From positions 1 through 58,832 of the forward strand of contig DAJR01000022.1 in assembly GCA_002496385.1 (NCBI GenBank): 58,832 nt of DNA. The letters are read 5' to 3'. Position numbers and translations under genes: made by a program. Below are positions 27,958 through 42,700 of this stretch, piece after piece. The notes under the pieces are model-generated. The model was not told the origin of the DNA. It made no database searches and was given only the letters and a program-made list of their open reading frames with translations. Position 1 is the first letter of the stretch. Every line of letters begins with the position of its first letter. The DNA is from Methanomassiliicoccales archaeon UBA147 (GTDB lineage Archaea > Thermoplasmatota > Thermoplasmata > SG8-5).

Positions 27958-30560
27958 TGACGGAGTTCCTCCAAGTCCTTCCTACATTTATCCGCCCACA
28001 CTCTCATACCCATCCACTCGAACTTTGATTGTGCTTTTTCCAGGTACTTCTCAGCTATTTTCATATCTCCCATCGCTTTGCATAGAAGGCCATATTCATA
28101 GGTTATTCTGGTTTGTTGGAATTGGCCAGCATCTTTAAAAAACTCGCTAGCTTTGTCCAGTTTCTCTTTAGCTTTTTCCCACTCCTTCATGCCGCGATGG
28201 ACAACACCTAATGTGCGCTGGCTATTTCCCTTTTCATGATTCTCTCCCTTTTCTTCAGCTAGGTCAACTGCTTTTTTTGCATTGATGAACGCATTTGCAT
28301 GATTTCCGAGGGCAGATTGCACTTCGGCTAATCCGCAGATATTATCGATGAACATATCATTGAGGTCTGGAACCTGATTGGCAATCTCTTCACTGAGTTT
28401 TAAGGCTTTTTCATATGATTTCAAAGCTTCATCTAATCTGTTTTGGAAATAATAGACCATCCCTATCTCCATCAGTCCATAGGCACTACTCATCCAGTTG
28501 TCTTCATTCTGTGATTTCTCATATGCTTTTTTGCATAAAATTAGCCAATCGTTAAGTACCTCATCACTAGATTTATTGATTTCATCCTCTTCAATTTTTT
28601 CAAGCGTGTCTTTAGATAATACATAGCTATAGCCAGCATATTCATTATTTTTGTTAAACACAGAATTGGTTACAATTTCATTGAAATTTGGAGTAACACC
28701 TACAATTTCCACAATTGGACCGAAGTCAGGATATACAATAACTCTGAAATATCTCTTAATATCTTTTCTCGCAAGCCCTGCATTCTCTATTTCATGGACA
28801 AATTTTGATATACTGTAATCTTTCGGCAGGTAATATACGCCGACCTTCTTCTCCAATACTTCTTTCAGATAATCCTCTCTCTTGACGACTTTTTTAATCT
28901 CGTCCACCCTTTTCGACCATCTCAGGTCTCCAGACCTCATGATATAGGGTCCCGCCCTCTCGTCCCCTGCCTCATAGAAGTGGTACGCCAGCTCGCTGAC
29001 GACCGCGTCCAGGTCGTCCTTGTGTATCTCGCAGAGCGTGTCTGCGATAATCTTGTGGTATTCCCGTCTGAGCTCCTCGCCGATGCCGTTGTACAGCACC
29101 TCCCTGACCTTGGCATGGTCGAACCTGTACTTGTCCTTCAGGTAATGGATGAGGTTGTGCGTTTTCTCTATCTTGCTGAGATTCTTCAGAAGCGTCATCT
29201 TCTTGACATCGATGGTTTTTTCCAGGATGTCGGTGGAAAATTCCTCGCCAATAACGGAGGCGCATTCCAGCAGCTCCTTCTGTTCCTCCATCAGCCTGTC
29301 CAGCCTTCTCCTCACCACGTCATAGACCTTGCTAGGCAGGTCCAGGTTCTTTATTTCGGTTTGAAGCTTCCAGATTCCCTCTTTGTCCTGCTTTATCGCC
29401 CCGTCCTCTGCGAGCAATTTGATGACTTCCAGCACGAAGAACGGATTCCCCTCTGTCTCCTGGTATATCCTTTCCAGAAGATTGCCGTCGAACGAAGTTT
29501 TTCCCAGGCAGGAATCGATTATTTCCTTGGTTTTATCAGAGTCCAGCCGCCTGAGGTCGATTATTGTCAGCAAATCCTCCCGGTTCATCTTTTGCATGGC
29601 GTCTGTGAGATGGTGCGGCTTTCCGTCCTCAGACTGGACAATCTCTTCAGACCTGTATGTTCCGATTATCATGACCCTGTCATCCTTCGTGTTTCGGGCT
29701 ATGTAATGGCACAAATTCAAGGTGCTGGGATCTGCCCATTGCAGGTCATCAAGGAACAGCAGGACGGGCTTGTCCGCGGAAAGCCTCTGGGCACCAAGCA
29801 GGATATTGTCAATTGTGTGTTCCTGACGTTGCTGCGCATCATCAATGACAAATCTGCCGCTGTACTTGCTTCCCTGGAACAGCCTTGAAACTATGCCCAC
29901 AGTGTCTTTGACCTTGGCCACGTCCCCGTCCCAGTCAGAGAGTAATGCGCCGTAACTCTTCTGGACTTCGGACAATATCTCTCTCATATCCTTGACCAGC
30001 AACTCGCTCAGCGAGCCCTTTGTCACGCAGGCCAGGTGCAGACCGCCCGATTCCTCGATTAATATCTTGTAATCCTGGAAGCCAAGGATGTTGAGCCCGC
30101 CAGTCCTGTCAACGTTGTCAACCTTTCGCATTGAGTCCTTGACAAAATTTCCGACGCCCGTCAGCATCGCCGAGAAAGTATAGGGTTCAAGGCCCAGTTC
30201 TTCTCTTTCGGATTTTGATATCAGAAGCCCCGCGTCGTTCATCAGGTATGCCGACACGACCAGCGGCGGCGGGTCCCCGGAGATGAGATGGAACAGCCCG
30301 GCCTCTCTAAGAGCCGATTTAACAGGCATCAGCGGTTCCAAAGATTCCGCGAGGCACCAGCCGCGGATTATCTGCGCGCCTTTCTTCTCGGCCTCGGCAA
30401 TCAATTCCGAAACCAGTCGGGTCTTCCCGATGCCCGCCTCGCCGGCGATGAAGACGGTCGAGCCCTTGCCGGCGGTGGCATTGGCCAGCGACTGCTTCAG
30501 CCTGGCAAGCTCGGCGTCCCGGCCGATGAGGGCGGGCTGCTGGATGGCGAGCTCGGTCAT
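27954..30560 (-). CDS. STAND ATPase-longin-TPR, array copy 5, with a non-TPR domain replacing the first TPRs
   Basis: Start MTELAIQQ at ATGA overlap. An ~120-aa alpha/beta segment (VGVYYLP..YFRVIVYPDFGPIVEIVGV..YAGYSYVL) precedes a short TPR tail. Confidence 0.85.
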   Translation of the reverse strand: MTELAIQQPALIGRDAELARLKQSLANATAGKGSTVFIAGEAGIGKTRLVSELIAEAEKKGAQIIRGWCLAESLEPLMPVKSALREAGLFHLISGDPPPLVVSAYLMNDAGLLISKSEREELGLEPYTFSAMLTGVGNFVKDSMRKVDNVDRTGGLNILGFQDYKILIEESGGLHLACVTKGSLSELLVKDMREILSEVQKSYGALLSDWDGDVAKVKDTVGIVSRLFQGSKYSGRFVIDDAQQRQEHTIDNILLGAQRLSADKPVLLFLDDLQWADPSTLNLCHYIARNTKDDRVMIIGTYRSEEIVQSEDGKPHHLTDAMQKMNREDLLTIIDLRRLDSDKTKEIIDSCLGKTSFDGNLLERIYQETEGNPFFVLEVIKLLAEDGAIKQDKEGIWKLQTEIKNLDLPSKVYDVVRRRLDRLMEEQKELLECASVIGEEFSTDILEKTIDVKKMTLLKNLSKIEKTHNLIHYLKDKYRFDHAKVREVLYNGIGEELRREYHKIIADTLCEIHKDDLDAVVSELAYHFYEAGDERAGPYIMRSGDLRWSKRVDEIKKVVKREDYLKEVLEKKVGVYYLPKDYSISKFVHEIENAGLARKDIKRYFRVIVYPDFGPIVEIVGVTPNFNEIVTNSVFNKNNEYAGYSYVLSKDTLEKIEEDEINKSSDEVLNDWLILCKKAYEKSQNEDNWMSSAYGLMEIGMVYYFQNRLDEALKSYEKALKLSEEIANQVPDLNDMFIDNICGLAEVQSALGNHANAFINAKKAVDLAEEKGENHEKGNSQRTLGVVHRGMKEWEKAKEKLDKASEFFKDAGQFQQTRITYEYGLLCKAMGDMKIAEKYLEKAQSKFEWMGMRVWADKCRKDLEELRQ

Positions 30561-33500
30561 TCTAGGGCCTCCAGGTCTTTCTGGCACCTCTCTATCCAGA
30601 ACTTCATGTGCATGCGTTCGAACTCAGCGAGGGCTTTCTGCGTGTATTCCTTCGATTTAGCCGGTTCGCCCTTGGATTTCCAGAGCTGGCCGAATTCGTA
30701 TAGCGTGATGGCGTATTCCTTTCGATCAACATTCTCAAGGATTTTCTCGGCATTCTGGAATTCAGATATCGCTTCGTCGAATTTCATTTGGCTGCATCGG
30801 ACCATACCCAATGCCCTGTGGCTCATACCTTCCTCGACCCTAGCGCCTATCTGCCTTGATAAATCCAGAGCTTCTTTTGCATTCTTTTCGGCTTGTCCAA
30901 GTTCACCAATTAAAATGCTTGCTTCAGCGATTTTTGTTTTTGAGTATGAGATTCCTGCTTTATTTCCAGCCTTGTTAAAAATTTCTAAGCTCTGGTTGAA
31001 GAACTCCAGAGCCTTATATCCATTTTCTTTCAGAAGAAATACGCAACCTAAGCGGTTTAACCCATAGGCAATAGAAATTTGAACTTTAGTAAAATTTCGC
31101 CTCTCCTGAAGTTCTTGTTCGAAATAGGTGCAGGCATCATCAAAATTTCCATTTCGCATATGAATTTCACCAATATGGTAATAACCATTGGCTATTCCAT
31201 AATGATTTTCATCTTTTAGGGCTTTTTCAATATGATTATTCAAATGCTCTGTTGCCTCTTTGGATTCATTCCTCATTTCCGCAATTTTACCAAGTGCATA
31301 ATCAATGTAGAATGGATCCATCTTTGTTCCGCGACTCTGCCATATTTCTATCATTTTTTCATGACAGTCTATTGCTTCGTCATAATTTCCTAAATCCTCT
31401 GCAATCCACGCCATTGTGTCATAACAATTCAGAACACCATCTAAATATCCAATATCATTGGAAAAGCAAAGTGCTTTGACAAGGTATTCATGTGCTTCAT
31501 CAAGAGCACCGGTTCGAAATAATACCCACCCCAACCTCCAATAATCTATCGCAGTTTTCTCTTTGTTGTCCAGTCGTATGTCGATTTCCAATTTTTTCTT
31601 TATTAAATCTATTGCGGCATTATAATTACATGAAAGATGGTAGCTTGCCGATAAGGATATGTAAGCCTGTGCAAGTTCTCTGTCATCTCCCAGTCTCTTT
31701 AATGATTCAATTATTTGATTGAATTGCTTTATTGCAGTTTCTTCGTCAATGAGTCCAACATACCTCTTTCTCATTGTTTCTCTCCGCAATAGTTTATTTT
31801 TTAATACTTCATCTGTGCAATTGACAAAGTATTTTTTGCCTTTATCTACATTTTCAAGTGCTAAGTCAGTTTTTCCTAATTCTGTGCACACATCCACAAT
31901 ACCAATGTGGGCCTGAATAATTTCACATGGTTTTGATGTATTTTCAAGTGCCATGCTGAACAACCTCATGGATTCTTCTAGGGCATACTCCTTGAATGCA
32001 TTTTCTCCAGTGAGAATGAGGAACTTCGCTGCCCTCTCGTCCCTTCCCTCGTAATAGTGATGCGCAAGCTCGCCTGCGACCTCATCACTATTGTCCTTAT
32101 GCAGCTCTGCGATGGTGTCTCCCACAACCCGATGGTACTCTCGCTTCAGCTCCTCGCTGATGCCGTTGTAGAGGACCTCGCGTATCTTTGCATGGTCGAA
32201 TTTATATTTATCCTTCAAGTAGTGGATGAGGCTGTGTGTTTTCTCTATCTTGCTCAGGTTCTCCAGCAACTGGAGTTTGTCCTGCCGGACGATTTTTCCG
32301 ACCACCTCGGACTGAAACTCATCACCTATAACGCTGGCACATTCCAGGACTTTTCTCTGTTCTTCCATCAGCTTGCCCAGGCGCCTCTTTACGACGTCAT
32401 AGATCTTAGATGGAATGTCGAGCTTTTTGATGCTGCCCACGGCTCTCCATACCCCATCGGTACCGCAGGACAGTGTTTTTTCTTCAGCCAGGAGTTTTAC
32501 AACTTCCAGCACGAAGAATGGGTTTCCCTCTGTGTCTTTGTATATCTTGGATAGGAGCTCCTTCTCTATCTTAGCGGAGCCCAGGGCGGAACCGACCATG
32601 TCCCTTGTGTGGTCCTGGTCTAGGCGAGCCAATTCTACTTTACCGATTAGGTCTTCCCTGCTCATCTTCTGCATCGTGTCAACGAGCTGGTGCGTTTTTC
32701 CATCCCAAGATTGGACCACTTCTTCAGGGCGGTAATTTCCAAGAATTAGAACGCGCTTGTCCCTTGTGTTCTTCGAGAGGAAATGAATCAGGTTGAGCGT
32801 GGTCGGATCTGACCACTGAAGGTCGTCCAGGGACAGTACGATTGGCTTCTGCGCCGATATCCGCTGGAAGCCCATCAATACATTGTCGAACAGGCTCTCC
32901 TGGCGCATCTTTGGGTCATCGATTAGGTGCTTTCCGCTGTACTTTCCGCTCATCACGAGTCTTGATACCGGCGCGTCGATACCGGCCAGTTTCTCCATGT
33001 CCCCATTCCACCCTGCCAGGACGTGTCCGAAATTCATCTGGATATTGGAAAGCGCGTTCTTCATGTCCCCGGCTAACATCTCGCTGAGGGTGCCTTTGGT
33101 AACAGCTGCCAGGAACAGCCCGTCATGCTCCTCGATGATTATCTTGTACTCCTTGTAGCCGAGGCTGTTGAGCCCGCCAGTCCTGTCGACATTGTCGATC
33201 TTCTGCATGGAATCCTTGACAAAGCTTCCCACAGCTTTCAGCATGGAGCCGAAGATGTACGGGTCCAGGCCCAGTTCCTCGCGCTCGGCCTTGGCTATGA
33301 GAAGCCCCGCGTCGTTCATCAGGTACGCCGACACTATCAGCGGCGGTGGGTCCCCCGAGATGAGGTGGAACAGCCCGGCCTCTCGGAGAGCCGATTTAAC
33401 CGGCATCAGCGGCTCCAGGCTCTCGGCAAGGCACCAGCCGCGGATTATCTGGGCGCCTTTCTTCTCGGCCTCATTAATTAGCTCAGATACGAGTCGGGTC

Positions 33501-33633
33501 TTCCCGATGCCGGCCTCACCGGCGATGAATGTAACCGAGCCTTTTCCAGCTGCTGCGTTCTCCAGGCTCTTTTTCAGTTTGTCCAGTTCCCCATCTCTGC
33601 CGATGAGGTCAGGCTGTTTCAACGATGATTCTG

Positions 33634-33637
<4 letters not shown>
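30557..33637 (-). CDS. STAND ATPase-longin-TPR, array copy 4
   Basis: Start MTESSLKQ at ATGA overlap. Walker B SLDDLQWSD, EGNPFF. TPR region related to copy 3. Confidence 0.88.
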
Positions 33638-36716
<3,079 letters not shown>

Positions 36717-36720
<4 letters not shown>

Positions 36721-39700
36721 TGCTCCAACTCCTCCAATGCCTTGCGGCACTTGTCCGCCCAGAGCTTCATGCCCATGCGTTCGAACTCGGTGAGCGCTTT
36801 GAAGAGGTGTTCTTTCGCTTGAGTGGGAGCACCCTCAAATTTGGATAGAAGCGCGTATTCGTAGAATACCCTCGATAAACGAACTTTGTCCCCCACCTCT
36901 TCGAGGATTGCCCTAGCTTTTGTAAATTCATCCGATGCGATATCCCATTTTTTCATCTCTCGATAGATCATACCCAGCACACGGTGGCTTAAGCCCTCCT
37001 CTGGTTTGGCACCAATCTCGGCAGCAACCTCTGCAGATTCTTTTGCATGTTCGAGGGCTGCCTGGGCATCGCCCTTCCCGAGTTTTACCTCTGCCAAGCC
37101 GCATAGATTGTGAATATAGAGTCGTTTTTCTCCGATTTCCAGGGAAATTTCTAAGCTATGCTCGTATAACTCCAGAGCCTTTCCCAACTCGCCCTTATAG
37201 AGGTACACTTCCCCTATATTGTTAAGCGATAGTGCAACGCCCTGCCTGCTCTCGATTTTCTCTCTTATTTTCAGGCTGTGTTCGTAGAACTCGAGCGCCC
37301 TATCTAGTTCACCACTCTCAAAGTGAACGGATCCAATGTTGTTCAGCAACATCGCAAAGCCCCACCTGTCCCCTATTTTCTCTCTTATTTTCAGGCTGCG
37401 TCCGTAGAACTCGAGCGCCCTCTCTGGCTCACCCTTCTCAGAGTGAGCGGATCCAATGTTGTTCAGAGTCCCCGCAATGCCCTGTTTGTCCCCTATTTTC
37501 TCAAAGATATCGTAGCCGCGTCTGTAAAACTCAAGCGCTCTATCTAGTTCCCCCCTCTCATAATGAACGGATCCGATGTTGTTCAGTGCCGCCGCGATGC
37601 CGTACTGGTCTTCTATCTCATCCATTACTGATAAGCTTTTTTCATAATATTGCAGGGCATGAACTAACACCCCCTTGCTTGAGTGGAAGATGCCGACTGC
37701 TCTGAGTGCGTTACCGATATCCTTTTTGTCTGCACCAACTTTTTCTGATGTCATTACAGCTTCTAAGAAACAGTGCAGAGCGTTATCATAATTTCCTTTT
37801 TTCCAATAGGTGTTCCCTTCACAGCCCATCACCCTTCCGTACTCAATTGTTCCCGCTTCAGCTAAACTCTTCGCCTCTGAGAGCACTTCGATGGCATTGT
37901 CATATTCTCCCTTCTTTTCGTGCGAATCTCCAGCTTTCCTTAACATCCTGACCTTTGTCTCTTTGTTCGCTGTTGATTTGCTCGCTCTCAGGAAGTTTTC
38001 AATGGCATTGTCATACTTGCCCATGCGTACCTGTATATCCCCCAACTTCTCAAGGACATTAACCTTCTCCTCGTCAACGAAAAACTCAAGGGCGTTTCTG
38101 TAAAACCGCAACGCTTCCTCGTTGGCGGACTTCTCTCCCGCACTGTCCCCGGCTTTTAGCAGAAATTTTCCTGCTTTCACATCCCTAGCTTCGAAATAAT
38201 GGTAGGCCAATTCGTTCACGATCTGGTTTGGATTGTCCTTGTGAATCTCAGCGATTGTGTCGGCTATCAACCTGTGGTATTCTCGTCTCAACTCTTCCCC
38301 TACGCTATTATACAGAACCTCTCTTATTTTAGAATGGTCAAATTTGTATTTGTCTTTGAAATAATGGAGCAGCTTATGGGTTTTTTCTATTTCGCTGAGA
38401 TTTTCCAATAACTGAAGTTTATTCTGGCCCATGACCTTGCCCACAACTTCGGAGTGGAACTCTTCACCAACTACGCTGGAGCATTCAAGCACCTTTCTAT
38501 GCTCCTTCATCAGTCGGTCCAAACGCCTTTTTATTACATCATAGACCTTGCTCGGAAGGTCTAGCTTATCCAAATCCTTCATCAGTGTCCAGGCACCGGC
38601 ATTGTCTCGGGTGATGACACTCTCTTCAGCCAGTAGCTTAATGACCTCCAGCACGAAGAACGGCGTGCCCTCGGTTTCTTTGTGAATTTTCTCGAAAAAG
38701 GCGGGTTCGAAGCGAGATATGGCCAGGACATTGTTTACCAGTGATTCAGTGTCTGTTTTGTCCAGACGTTTCAGGTCAAGTAAAATAAATAAATCTTCCC
38801 GGTTCATTTTCTGCATTGCCGTTTCGAGTTGATGCGCTTTTCCGTCAAATCCCAGCATGATGTCCTCTGGCCTGTATGTTCCAAGAATCAATAGCTTGTC
38901 TTTTCTGGTGTTGCGTGATAGATAATGCAGTAGGTTTAGAGTGGTGGGGTCAGCCCATTGCAGGTCGTCGATGAACAAAATTAGAGGTTTCTCTTTCGAG
39001 GCTCTTTGCAAGCCCATGAGTACATTGTCGAATAGATTCTCCTGCTTCAGTTTGGGGTCGTCCACTAGGAATTTACCGTTGTATTTACCGCAAATCATCC
39101 ATATAGAGACCGCCGTTTCGATATCCTTGACCTTGGATATTTCTCCATTCCAGGCATTAAGAACTTCGCTGAATTTTGTCAGAAATTCTTTTAGAAGACT
39201 TTTCATATCATTGACCAACATCTCGCTGAGTGCACCCTTGGTTACGCAGGCCAGATACAAGCCATTCAATTCCTCAATTAATATCTTGTATTCTTTGTAG
39301 CCGAGGCTGTTGAGGCCACCTGTCCTCTCGACATTATCCATCATTCTCATTGAGTCCTGGACAAAGCTTCCCACAGCTTTCAGCATCGAAGAGAATATGT
39401 AAGGGTCCAGGCCCAGTTCTTCTCTTTCAGCCTTTGCTATCAACAACCCAGCGTCGTTCATGAGGTATGCAGACAGCAGCAGCGGCGGCGGGTCGCCCGA
39501 AATAAGGTGGAACAATCCCGCTTCTCTAAGAGCCAATTTAACCGGCATCAACGGCTCCAGGCTCTCGGCAAGGCACCAGCCGCGAATTATCTGCGCGCCT
39601 TTCTTTTCGGCATCATTAATTAACTCAGATACAAGCCGGGTCTTTCCAATCCCTGCCTCTCCCGCTATGAATATGGTGGAGCCCTTGCCGGCGATGGCAG

Positions 39701-39779
39701 CGTCCAGGGCTTTGTCAAGCCTGGCCAGTTCAGCGTCGCGGCCGATGAGGTCAGGCTGCTGGATGGCCAGCTCTTTCAT
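36717..39779 (-). CDS. STAND ATPase-longin-TPR, array copy 2
   Basis: GEAGIGKT, LFIDDLQWAD, EGTPFF, and regular 40-aa TPR repeats (LNNIGS...ALEFY..SL.I.EKIGD). Confidence 0.9.
37201..37620 (-). repeat. 120-bp in-frame tandem repeats (about 3.5 units) encoding 40-aa TPR units
   Basis: tctcttattttcaggctg at 37261 and 37381. gtagaactcgagcgccct and ggatcc(a/g)atgttgttcag recur at 120-bp spacing. Confidence 0.85.
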
Positions 39780-42700
39780 TTCTCCAGTTCCCCCAAGCCC
39801 TTCTTACATTTCTCGATCCAGAATTCATTGTTCAACTGACCGAAGCATTGGAGGGCTTTCTCCCGGTACTCTTTCAGCTTGTCCGGGTCGCCCATGTCTT
39901 TCCAGAGGAGGGCTAATTCATAATAGAGATTACCCAAAGTGTAATTTATTCCGCCCGCAACTCGCTTTGAATGATTATCCAAGGCGATTTGCGCGGATTC
40001 GAACGATTTGATGGCAGAATCCCAATCCTTCATGGCATGATATATTTTTCCCAATACTATGTTGATTCTTCCTTTGAAATATATATCCTTATGAGACAGC
40101 TGCTCGCCGACCTCGATTGCCTTAAGGGCTTCGTCAAGGGCCTCTCCATATGTCTTTTCATCGAGATATAACTCAGCAAATGCCATATGTGAGCTGAGTT
40201 TGAGCCATATCAAATCAGATTTCTCTGCAATTTCACGGGTTTGCATATAGCAATCAAGAGCCGATGAAAAATTCTTTTTATGCCTGTAAATATGTCCCAT
40301 ACATTCAATGACGTTATAATGGGTGTTGGAAGTTGGATCTTTGGTGGTTATAAGTAAGCATTCTTTGAATATCTCTAAGGCTTCGTCATGTCTTCCATAC
40401 CTAGCTAGAATCGCCCCCCGTTCCTCCAATGTGCCTGCAAGGCGCAACTCATCAAGATAATCTTTTGCGATTCTTATACTTTCATCTATGCACTCCAATG
40501 CTTTTATAACTTCTCCTTTTTTCTCCAATATATTGGACAAACCAAGTAGTGTTTGGGCCTCCAATAGGTGATTGCCAATGCTTCTAGCGATATCTATGCC
40601 TTCAAGGAAATATTTCAAGGATTCGTCAAGATTTTTCTCATGCCAGGCTAAACACCACATTGACTTAGTAAGGCCTGTTTTGTCACCAATCTTTCTTTTT
40701 ATTTCAAGGTTTCTGCTTAAGCATTTTTTTGATTCTGCTATGTGCTGCTCCTCGTCTGCCGAATATATCTCTCCGTAATTCCTGTGTGAAACCGCTAGAA
40801 GAAGCAGCGTTTCAGATATTTCATAAAGGTTGCCTACTTTTTCCCTCAATTCCAGGGATTTGCTTAACATCTCGATTTCTTTTTCTAAACCCTCTTTGTC
40901 GAACTTTTCTTCATATGTGACTCCGATGTTGTAATACGCCCTAGCCATCTCTGCCAGATCATTTGCTTCTTCGGCGATCCGCAGGGCGTCTTGTGCATCC
41001 TCCCGGCATTTGTCCGTCTTGTTCGTCAGCATCTCAGCCCAGGCCTTGACATTGAGCAGTCTAGCTTGCTGGATGCATCTATCCTCTCCCAGGGTGGCTA
41101 TTGCCTTGTCGCACTCTACAACTGACTCGGCAAATCTGCCAAACTTGTTGTACATGTCGGCGACCTTCCTGTGCAGGTCGGCTTTCTTTCTGCCGTCCGT
41201 CTCTTTTTCAATCAAGGAGTAGTAGCATTTGAGTGCATTATCTAGGTCGCTGGTGAGCGAGTAGATGTCCCCCAGCCTCTCATTGACAATTTTTATTTTC
41301 TCATCATCCTCAAGAACCGTCAGGGCTTTGTTGTAATACCTGATGGCCTCGTCATTCGCATATGCTCCCATTGCGGCATCGGCGGATTTGATTAAATATT
41401 CCGCTGCCTTCGCGTCTTTCGCCTCATAATAATGGTGGGCAAGCGCATTCAGGGCTTCATCCGGATTGTCCCTGTGCAGCTCGGCAATAGTGTCCGCCAC
41501 AAGCTTATGGTACTCCTGCTTCAGTTCGTCCATTATCCCGTTGTACAGCACCTCTCTGATCTTTGCATGGTCGAACTTGTATTTTTTCTGATAAGAGTGA
41601 ATCAGCCGGTGCGTTTTTTCAACATCGCTCAGATTCTCAAGGAGCTGGATTTTATTGAGGCCAACGACCTTGCCCACGACGTCCGACTGAAATTCCTCCC
41701 CGACGACCGATGCGCAGTCCAGGATCTTCTTCTGCTCCTTCATCAGGCGGTCCAGCCGCCGCTTGATAACATCGTAGACCTTTGACGGAATGTCCATCTT
41801 CTCCAGGCCCGCGGTGGCGTTCCAGACTCCCTTCTTGTCCTGTTTGATCCAGCCCTCCTCGGCCAGCAATTTAACGACTTCCAGCACGAAGAACGGCGTG
41901 CCCTCGGTCTCCCTGAATATTCTGTCATAAAGCTCGTTCTCGAAATTGACCGTGCCCAGCGTCGTCCTGACCAGGTCCTCGGTTCCTTTCCTGTCCAGCC
42001 TGTCGAGCTCTATCTTCTCCAGCAGGTCCTCCCTTGTCATGTTCTGCATCGCGGTCTCAAGCTGATGCGCCTTGCCATCCGATTGCTGGACTATGTCCTC
42101 CGGCCTGTAATCGCCGACAATGAGCACCGGATTGTTCTTGGTGTTCCTGGCAAGGTAATGAAGCAGTCCCAGTGTGCTGGGGTCCGCCCAGTGCAGGTCG
42201 TCGAGGAACAGCAACAATGACCTATCTGCGGACAATCTCTGGATTCCCATCAGCACATTGTCGAACACGTTCTCCTGGCGTATCCTGGGGTCGTCCACCA
42301 GGAACTTGCCGTCGTACTTGCCGCTGCTAATCAATCTGGAGATTATGGGCTTGATGCCGCTGACCTTGTCCAGGTCCCCGTCCCATTCCTTCAGCATGTG
42401 GCCGTGGCTCATCTGGACCTCTGCGAGTATGTTTTTCATGTCCCCGACCAGGAATTCACTGAGGCTTCCTTTTGTCACGGCGGCCAGGAATATACCCGCG
42501 GATTCTTCGACGATGATTTTGTACTCCTGGTATCCGAGTATGTTGATGCCGCCGGTTCTGTCAACATTGTCAATTTTATGCATGGAATCCTTGACGAAGT
42601 TGCCGACGCCCTTGAGCATCCCGGCAAAGATGTCCGGGTCCAGGCCGAGCTGCTCCCTCTCCGCCTTGGCCAACAGGAGACCGGCGTCATTGGTCATGTA

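Noticed and set aside
28980-29888. Recurrent plus-strand ORFs opposite the STAND genes (e.g. 28980-29888, 42174-42992, 33168-33734) that resemble each other
   Set aside because: Their similarity simply mirrors the paralogous sense genes; the stop-poor antisense frame is expected from GC-rich codon usage.
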